DNA of 64,000 bases from an uncultured Acidobacteriota bacterium (GTDB taxonomy: Bacteria; Acidobacteriota; Vicinamibacteria; Vicinamibacterales; UBA2999): NCBI GenBank assembly GCA_963741665.1, contig CAVUIM010000003.1:48710-112709 (forward strand), in the 5' to 3' direction. The notes under the pieces were generated by a model. The model was not told the origin of the DNA. It ran no database searches and saw only the letters and a list, made by a program, of their open reading frames with translations. Within the stretch, counting starts at the first letter, position 1. Each line of letters starts with the position of its first letter. Positions 9,327-16,880 of this stretch are shown here, in pieces. The translations under genes and the position numbers were made by a program.

Positions 9327-10294
9327 GTCGCGGAGGCCTCCGAGAGCGGGCGCGCGTCGGTCGCCGCGGTCCGTCCCTCGTCCCAGAAGTGCTCGGAGAG
9401 GTAGCGATCGCCGGCGTCACAGAGCACGACCACCATCACGACCCGGTCGCGCGTCCGCACGGCGTCGGTAGCGCGCTCCAGCCCGGCGGCGACGTTGGCC
9501 CCGCTCGACACGCCCACGAGCAGGCCCTCGTCGCGGGCCAGGCGGCGCGTCATCTCGTGGGCGGCTTCGGTCGACACTTCGGCGGCGTGGTCGGCGAGCG
9601 TCGCGTCGTAGATGCCCGGAACGATCGCCGAGGCCATGTGCTTCAGGCCCTCGAGGCCGTGCAGCGGCGACTCCGGCTGCACCGAGATGAGGACCACGTC
9701 CGGGATGTTGGCGCGCAGGAACCGCCCGGTGCCCATGAACGTTCCGCTCGTGCCGAGCGCGGCCACGAAGTGCGTGATGCGACCCGCCGTATCGGCCAGG
9801 ATCTCGGGGCCGGTCGTCTCGAAGTGCGCGCGCCAGTTGAAGTCGTTGTTGTACTGGTCGGGATAGAAGTAGCGATCGGGCGCCTCGGCATAGCGGCGCC
9901 GCGCCTCGACGATCGCGCCGTCCGAACCGTCCATCGGATCGGTGAACACCAGCTCGGCGCCGTAGGCGGTCAGGATCCGCTTGCGTTCGGGGCTGGCGCT
10001 CGACGGCAGGCACAGCGTCACCGGAAAGCCCAGCGCGGCGCCGAGCATCGCGTAGGCGATCCCGGTGTTGCCGGACGTGGCGTCGAGCAGCCGCTTGCCG
10101 GGGCCGAGCGCGCCGGTGCGCCGGCCCTCGAGGATCATGTGGCGGGCGGCCCGGTCCTTGACCGAGCCGCCGGGATTGCTGGCTTCGAGCTTGCCGTACA
10201 ACTCGAGGCCCGGCACCGCGCGCTCGAGACGCGTGAGCCTGACCAGGGGCGTGCGGCCGATGGCCGCGAGCAGACCGGATTCCATGTGCGTCAA
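9323..10294 (-). CDS. cysM: cysteine synthase (CysM/CysK family, PLP dependent)
   Basis: 323 aa with the PLP-lysine motif GGSVKDRAA and TSGNTGIAYA. It is the first gene of a cysM-JAMM-carrier/E1 operon. Confidence 0.85.
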   Translation of the reverse strand: MTHMESGLLAAIGRTPLVRLTRLERAVPGLELYGKLEASNPGGSVKDRAARHMILEGRRTGALGPGKRLLDATSGNTGIAYAMLGAALGFPVTLCLPSSASPERKRILTAYGAELVFTDPMDGSDGAIVEARRRYAEAPDRYFYPDQYNNDFNWRAHFETTGPEILADTAGRITHFVAALGTSGTFMGTGRFLRANIPDVVLISVQPESPLHGLEGLKHMASAIVPGIYDATLADHAAEVSTEAAHEMTRRLARDEGLLVGVSSGANVAAGLERATDAVRTRDRVVMVVVLCDAGDRYLSEHFWDEGRTAATDARPLSEASAT

Positions 10295-10463
10295 CCAACG
10301 TCCAGCTTATGGCACAAACCCCTCGCTGCGCGAACAGGACGCCCGAGGGCAGTCCCTCAGAGACGCTCGTAGGGCAGCTCTTTAGAGCTGCCTCGGAGGG
10401 ACGAGTGACAGCCACGAATTCGCTGTCGTCGATGCGCGATCGGCATCGTGGCAGAATGCCGCG

Positions 10464-11936
10464 GTGGCTCTCGACACCAGACGCGCCCGCCGGCATCTAA
10501 TCGCCGCCGATCCGGTGATGGCCGATCTCATCCGCCGCGGCGGCCCGTGCCGCCTCGGCGCCAGCCGCGGCGACGACCCGTTCTTTCTGCTGCTGCGGGC
10601 CATCGTGTCGCAGCAGCTGTCGACCAAGGCCGCCGCGACCATCTTCGGCCGGTTGTGTGCGCTCTTCCCCGGCGAGGCGCCGACGCCGTCACGCCTGCTG
10701 GCGCTCGACGAGGCCACGCTGCGCGGGGTCGGCCTCAGCACCAACAAGACCCGGTTCGTGCGCGACCTGGCCGCGCGGGTCCGCGACGGCCGCCTCGACC
10801 TGGCCGCGCTCGACGCCCGCGACGACGCCACCGCGCTCGAGGCGCTGACCGCGGTGCTCGGCATCGGCACGTGGACGGCGGAGATCTTCCTGCTGTTCCA
10901 GCTCCACCGGCCGGACATCTTCCCGGTCGGTGACCTGGGCCTGCTCACGGCGATGCAGCGGCAGTACCGCATGCGCAGCCGGCCCTCGCCGGCCCGGGCG
11001 TTGAAGGTGGCCGAGGCGTGGCGTCCCCACCGCTCGGTGGCCGCTTGGTACCTGTGGCGTAGCCTGGAGATTCTGATCGGGGTCCCGAGCCCCGCCCCGT
11101 TACTTGATCGACGCCGTCAGCGTGACCGAGGCGCGGATCACCGCCTCGCCGGCGGCAATCGGCGGTGGGGGCGGCGCGGCGGCGATCGAATCGGCGGCCA
11201 TCCGCATCATCGGCTGTTCGATCGGCCGGCTGATGACGCCGTCTTCCTCGATCCGCACGACCGCGACCACGGTCGCACCGGCGCCCTCGGCGGCCGCCGC
11301 GGCCTTGGCCCGGGCATCGGCCACGGCCCGGGTGATCGCCTGGCGTTCGAGCCGGGTGCGCTCCTTCAGGTCGAAGCGCACGCCCTGCACCGACGTGCCG
11401 CCGGCGCTGATGCCGATCTCGAGCAGCTCGCCGACCCGCGTCACCGGCTCGACCCGCACCTCGATGACGTTGCGGGCCAGGAACCCGCGCGGCACCTGCT
11501 TGCCGTTGGTGTAGTCGAACTGCGGCTGCAGATCGTAGCTGAGCGTGCGGATGGCGTCCTTGGCCAGCCCGGCCGCGGTCAGTCGCTGCTGCACCGCGGT
11601 CATCGCCGTGGCGCCCTGCGCCTGCGCGTCCCGGGCGGTGGCGCCGCGGTGCTCGGTGGCGAGGGTGACGAACGCCACGTCGGGCTGCGCGCGCACTTCC
11701 CCTTCCCCGCGCACCACCACCACGGGCGGCCCCGGCGCGGCGGTCTGCGCGCCCGCCACGACGGCGCCGGCCAGCACGAACAACGACGACAGCATCACTC
11801 GAACCCCTCTCAGAAACCCCGGCGTCGCACCGAGGGCGGGGCGGCGCCCGGATCGCCAGGCGCGACGACTGAGGATATGGCGGATATCCGAAGGAGGAGC
11901 AACGCCGCGAGCCGGGGCCCCCGCGACGCGTGGTGA
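10464..11936 (+). CDS. alkA: DNA-3-methyladenine glycosylase II (AlkA-like, HhH-GPD); the ORF lacks an in-frame stop after the conserved domain
   Basis: The first ~203 aa have HhH-GPD features: IVSQQLSTKAA, LGIGTWTAEIFLLF, FPVGDLGL and WYLWRS. After about 11070 the frame runs 860 nt antisense through the SIMPL gene as Arg/Gly/His junk. A TGA sits at 11074-11076 in the +1 frame. Confidence 0.7.
   Translation: MALDTRRARRHLIAADPVMADLIRRGGPCRLGASRGDDPFFLLLRAIVSQQLSTKAAATIFGRLCALFPGEAPTPSRLLALDEATLRGVGLSTNKTRFVRDLAARVRDGRLDLAALDARDDATALEALTAVLGIGTWTAEIFLLFQLHRPDIFPVGDLGLLTAMQRQYRMRSRPSPARALKVAEAWRPHRSVAAWYLWRSLEILIGVPSPAPLLDRRRQRDRGADHRLAGGNRRWGRRGGDRIGGHPHHRLFDRPADDAVFLDPHDRDHGRTGALGGRRGLGPGIGHGPGDRLAFEPGALLQVEAHALHRRAAGADADLEQLADPRHRLDPHLDDVAGQEPARHLLAVGVVELRLQIVAERADGVLGQPGRGQSLLHRGHRRGALRLRVPGGGAAVLGGEGDERHVGLRAHFPFPAHHHHGRPRRGGLRARHDGAGQHEQRRQHHSNPSQKPRRRTEGGAAPGSPGATTEDMADIRRRSNAASRGPRDAW
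11100..11795 (-). CDS. SIMPL-domain (DUF541) periplasmic protein
   Basis: 231 aa from the ATG whose complement is at 11793-11795. It has a signal peptide (MLSSLFVLAGAVVAGAQT). The layout GEGEVRAQPDVAFV...QPQFDY...FLARNVIEVRV...RFDL is typical of SIMPL/DUF541. Confidence 0.7.
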   Translation of the reverse strand: MLSSLFVLAGAVVAGAQTAAPGPPVVVVRGEGEVRAQPDVAFVTLATEHRGATARDAQAQGATAMTAVQQRLTAAGLAKDAIRTLSYDLQPQFDYTNGKQVPRGFLARNVIEVRVEPVTRVGELLEIGISAGGTSVQGVRFDLKERTRLERQAITRAVADARAKAAAAAEGAGATVVAVVRIEEDGVISRPIEQPMMRMAADSIAAAPPPPPIAAGEAVIRASVTLTASIK

Positions 11937-12007
11937 GCGTCGTGGGGTGGGACGCGGGATGCCGCGCCGGCCGAATGCCGGCGGGGTTTCTGAGATGGGT
12001 TCCAAGA

Positions 12008-12841
<834 letters not shown>

Positions 12842-12868
12842 CGGGTGCCGGTAAGTATACTCGCCGCC

Positions 12869-14013
12869 ATGCGGGTCGAGCCGTTCGCCATGGAGCGTTT
12901 CCAGTCCACGTGGGAGCATCAGGTCCGGTTCAACCTGTCGGAAAGCGGGGTGCATCCCCTCAGCGTGCGGGAACTGGTCGGCGACGGCGCGGCGCTCGAC
13001 GCGGTGCTCGACCAGCCGCTCATCTACACGCAGACCAACGGCACCGAGGCACTGCGGGGGGCCATCGCCGCCCTGTACCCCGGCGCCACGCCCGCCCACA
13101 TCGAGGTGACCAACGGCGGGGCCGAAGCCAACTTTCTGGCGGCGTGGTATCTGGTCCAGCCCGGCGACGAGGTCGTGATGCTCGTCCCCACGTACATGCA
13201 GACGCACGGACTCGTCACGGGCCTTCGGCGGCGCGGTGCATGAGTGGCCGCTGGTCGACGATCACGCGGCGGGACGCTGGCGTCCCGACCTCGACCGGCT
13301 CGCCGCGCTGGTCGGCCCGCGCACGCGGGCGATCGTCCTGTGCACGCCGAACAACCCGACCGGCGCGCGGCTCACCGCGGCGGAACTCGATGCCGTCGCC
13401 GCTGTCGCCGACCGCCACGGCTGCTGGGTCGTGTCGGACGAGATCTATCGCGGCGCCGAGCTCGACGGCGCGGACCTCGCCGTCGATGTGGGGCCGCGGC
13501 GAGCGCGTGCTGGTGACGAGCGGCCTGTCGAAGGCCTACGGCCTGCCCGGGCTGCGCGTCGGCTGGGTCGTCTCGACCCCCGAAGTCGCCGAGGCGCTCT
13601 GGACCTACCACGACTACACGACCATCGCCCCCGGCGCGCTGAGCGATCGGCTGGCGCAGATCGCGCTGGCGCCCGACATGCGAACCCGGCTGCTCGGCCG
13701 TACCCGCCAGGTGATCGCCGCCAATCTTCCGCGCGTGGAAGCGTGGCTGGCCGCGCACGGCGACCGCTTCACCTGGATCCGGCCCGAGGCCGGGGCCATC
13801 GTCTTCACGCGCTACGCCCATCCCATCAACTCGACGGCACTGGTCACCCGGCTGCGCGAGGACGAGAGCGTGCTGGTCGTGCCCGGCGATCAATTCGGCA
13901 TGGACGGCTACCTGCGGCTCGGCGTCGGCGAACGCACCGACTACGTGATGGCCGGCCTCGAGCGGGTCCGCGCCGTGCTCGATCGGCTGCCCCACGTCGC
14001 CACCGCGCAGTGA
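12869..14013 (+). pseudogene. class I/II PLP aminotransferase split over three reading frames (two +1 disruptions)
   Basis: The N-terminal third runs from ATG 12869 in the frame of ORF 12146..13243. The middle (HEWPLVDD...LCTPNNPTGARL...VVSDEIYRGAEL) is in the frame of 13236..14024. The C-terminal part (VLVTSGLSKAYGLPGLRVGW...) is in the frame of 12910..14013. The junctions are at the GGG run 13219-13221 and near 13473-13480. Confidence 0.8.
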
Positions 14014-14020
14014 GACCCGG

Positions 14021-15078
14021 GTGATGCCGACCCGCCCCGAACTGCGGCTGGTCCTGGTCGGGTTCGGCCACGTCGGCCGGCGACTGCTCGAGCTGCTCGA
14101 CGACGACGCGCGATCGCCTGCCGTTCACCTGGCGACTGGCTGGCGTTTGTGCCCGCTCGCGCGGCGGTCTGCTCGACCCCGGCGGCCTCGATCACGCGGC
14201 GGTGCTCGCCTCGGCCCGGCGGGCGCGGCCCTGGCCGCGGTCGGGGCCTGGCGACGGCGAGGCGTTCCTGGCCGATGCGCTTCCGGGTACTGCACGATGC
14301 CTGCGCCAACGGCCGGGTGGTGGTCGTCGAGACCACCGTGCTCGACGCGACGCACGGCGAGCCGGCCCTCACCCACGTGCGTCTCGCCCTCGACGCCCGC
14401 GCCCACGTCGTCACGGCGAACAAGGGCCCGGCGGCGTTCGCCTTCCACGAACTGGCGGCGCTGGCGGCGCTGGCCAACCGCGCCTTCCTGTTCGAGAGCG
14501 CGGTGATGGACGGCGTGCCGGTGTTCTCGCTGGTCGCCGACACGCTGCCGGCGCTGACCGTGTCGGCGTTCCGCGGCGTGGTCAACACCACGTGCGGCTA
14601 CATCCTGGCGGCGTTGGAGCGTGGCGTGCCGTTCGCCGAGGCGCTGGCCGAGATGCAGGCCAGGGGCATCGCCGAAGCGGATCCCTCGCTCGACATCGAC
14701 GGCTGGGACGCGGCTGCCAAGGCCGCGGTGCTGGCCAACGTGCTGCTCGACGCGCGGATCACCCCTCACGACGTGGCCCGGTCAGGCATCCGGGCGCTCG
14801 ACCCGGCCGAACTGCAGCGCGGTGTGGCCCAGGGCCTGCGCCTGCGGCTGGTGTCGCACGGCCGCCGGGAAGACGGCCGCGTCGCTGTCGGCGCCGCGCC
14901 GGTGTGGCTCGCGCCCGACGATCCGCTGGCGCCGGTGGCCGGACTCGAGAACGCGCTGTATCTCAGCACCGATCACCTCGGCGAGATCGGCATCGTGCAG
15001 CGCGACGGCGGACTCACGCAGACGGCCTATGGTCTGCTCGCCGACCTGGCGCGGATCAGCCGTCAGCTCGCCGGCTGA
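14021..15078 (+). pseudogene. hom: homoserine dehydrogenase split over three reading frames (two +1 disruptions)
   Basis: The Rossmann N-terminus LRLVLVGFGHVGRRL is in the frame of 14021. The segment RDRLPFTWRLAGVCARSRGGLLDPGGLDHAAVLASARRA reads only in the frame of 14202. From about 14284 onward (RVLHDACANG...VVTANKGP...ESAVMDGVP...GVVNTTCGYIL...EADPSLDIDGWDAA) it is in the frame of 14149. The junctions are near 14108-14111 and 14280-14283. Confidence 0.8.
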
Positions 15079-15133
15079 TCGCCGTGGCCGGTGCGTCCCG
15101 CCTGGATCGCGGGTACCATGGCTGCCGCATCGT

Positions 15134-16324
15134 ATGGGACCACTGACCGGCGTCACCGTCGTCGACTTCACCCGCGTGCTCTCGGGACCGTATTGCACGA
15201 TGATCCTCGGCGACCTCGGCGCCCGGGTGATCAAGCTCGAACACCCCGAACGTGGCGACGACACGCGACGCTGGGGGCCGCCGTTCCTGGGCGATGAGAG
15301 CGCCTATTTCCTGAGCGTCAACCGCAACAAGGAGAGCGTGGCCGTCGACTTCAAGACGCCCGGCGGCCGGGCCCTGGTCGGCAAGCTCCTCGCCACCGCC
15401 GATGCCGTGGTCGAGAACTTCCGCCCCGGCACCCTCGACAGCGTCGGCCTCGACGCCGCCAGCGTGCGGGCCGCCCATCCGCGCCTCATCTACTGCTCGA
15501 TTTCCGGCTACGGGCAGACCGGCCCCCGGCGTAACGAGCCGGGCTACGACGCGGTGATGCAGGCCGAAGGCGGGTTGATGAGCATCACCGGCGCCGCCGA
15601 CGGCCCGCCGTACCGGCTCGGCGTCGCCATCGTCGACATCGTGTCGGGCATGTTCGCCGCGCAAGGCGTGCTCGCGGCGCTCGTCGCCCGCGAGAAGACC
15701 GGCCAGGGCCAGATCGTCGACCTCGGCATGCTCGACGCGACGACGGCGCTGCTCACCTACCAGGCCGGCAACTACTTCGCCACCGGCGCGGCGCCTGGAC
15801 GGCTCGGCAATCGCCATCCGACCATCGCTCCGTACGAGACGTTCGCGACCGCCGACGGCGACCTCGCGCTGGCGGTCGGCAACGACGGTCTGTGGCAGCG
15901 CTTCTGCCAGGCCGCCGAGCTGCCTGACCTGGCGGCCGATCCGCGCTTTGCGTCCAACGCCGGGCGCCTCGAACACTACCCGGTTCTGAAGGTACGGCTC
16001 GACGCCGCATTCGCGTCGCGCTCCCGCACCGACTGGACCGCCCGCCTGCTCGCCGCCGGCGTCCCGTGCGGCGCCGTGCGCACCGTGGAGGAAGTGTTCG
16101 CCGATCCGCAGACCGCCGCACGCGGCATGGTGCAGCGGGTGTCGCACGCGACGCTGGGGCAGGTCTCGGTCACCGGCGTGCCAGTGAAGCTGTCCGAGAC
16201 ACCGGGCAGCGTGCGGATCGGGCCACCGGTGCTGGGCCAACACACCGCGGCGGTGCTCGCCGAGCTGGGATACGATCAGGCCGCCGTCGATGCCCTCGCC
16301 TCGGCCGGCGCCATCCGCTCCTAG
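15134..16324 (+). CDS. CoA transferase, family III (CaiB/BaiF type)
   Basis: 396 aa from ATG 15134, in frame with ORF 14621..16324. Motifs: LTGVTVVDFTRVLSGPYCTMILGDLGA, NFRPG, GYD and HPTIAPYE. Confidence 0.85.
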   Translation: MGPLTGVTVVDFTRVLSGPYCTMILGDLGARVIKLEHPERGDDTRRWGPPFLGDESAYFLSVNRNKESVAVDFKTPGGRALVGKLLATADAVVENFRPGTLDSVGLDAASVRAAHPRLIYCSISGYGQTGPRRNEPGYDAVMQAEGGLMSITGAADGPPYRLGVAIVDIVSGMFAAQGVLAALVAREKTGQGQIVDLGMLDATTALLTYQAGNYFATGAAPGRLGNRHPTIAPYETFATADGDLALAVGNDGLWQRFCQAAELPDLAADPRFASNAGRLEHYPVLKVRLDAAFASRSRTDWTARLLAAGVPCGAVRTVEEVFADPQTAARGMVQRVSHATLGQVSVTGVPVKLSETPGSVRIGPPVLGQHTAAVLAELGYDQAAVDALASAGAIRS

Positions 16325-16331
16325 ACACGAA

Positions 16332-16760
16332 ATGGACATCGCCCTCATCCGCAAGTCGCTCCTCCAGGCCGTCGACGCGGCCAAGCGGGACGCCGTCGAG
16401 CGCCGCGCCCGCACCGACGAAGCAACCAAGCGCTACGAGAAGTTCCTGGAAGAGACGGCGACGCCGGCGTTCCGGTCGATGGCGTCGGCGCTGCGCGGCG
16501 AAGGGCTGCTCTTCGAGGTGATCACCCCGTTGGGCGGGGTCCGCCTGGTGCCCGAGCGAACCCGCGAGGACGGCATCGAGCTGACGCTCGACAGCACCGT
16601 CGATCCGCCGCAGCCGGTCATCCGGGTGATGCGCTCGCGCGGCAGCCGGGTGAACCAGCACGAGCGCCCGGTGGCCGGCGCGCTGCGCCTCGAAGGCCTC
16701 ACCGACGAGCACGTCGTGACGGCGCTGCTGGAAGAGCTGCGTCCCTGGCTCGAAAGATAG
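16332..16760 (+). CDS. hypothetical protein
   Basis: 142 aa from ATG 16332. Its composition looks like that of the recognisable genes around it, judged by eye. No motif recognised. It ends in a TAG that is fused to the heptamer repeat. Confidence 0.5.
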   Translation: MDIALIRKSLLQAVDAAKRDAVERRARTDEATKRYEKFLEETATPAFRSMASALRGEGLLFEVITPLGGVRLVPERTREDGIELTLDSTVDPPQPVIRVMRSRGSRVNQHERPVAGALRLEGLTDEHVVTALLEELRPWLER

Positions 16761-16880
16761 GGAACAGGGAACGGGGAACGGGGAGCAAGAACCTCTGACG
16801 AACTAGCGCCCGTCCGACAATGACGACAGCGTGGTAGCGGGACGCTCGCGCTTTCCCTGTTCCCTGTTCCCTGTTCCCTA
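16758..16880. repeat. inverted pair of TAG-anchored (GGGAACA)n heptamer arrays between convergent genes
   Basis: Left arm: TAGGGAACAGGGAACGGGGAACGGGG at 16758-16783. Right arm: CCCTGTTCCCTGTTCCCTGTTCCCTA at 16855-16880, which reads TAGGGAACAGGGAACAGGGAACAGGG on the minus strand. Each arm begins in the TAG stop of the gene it follows. The arms are mutually complementary and separated by about 70 nt. Confidence 0.85.
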
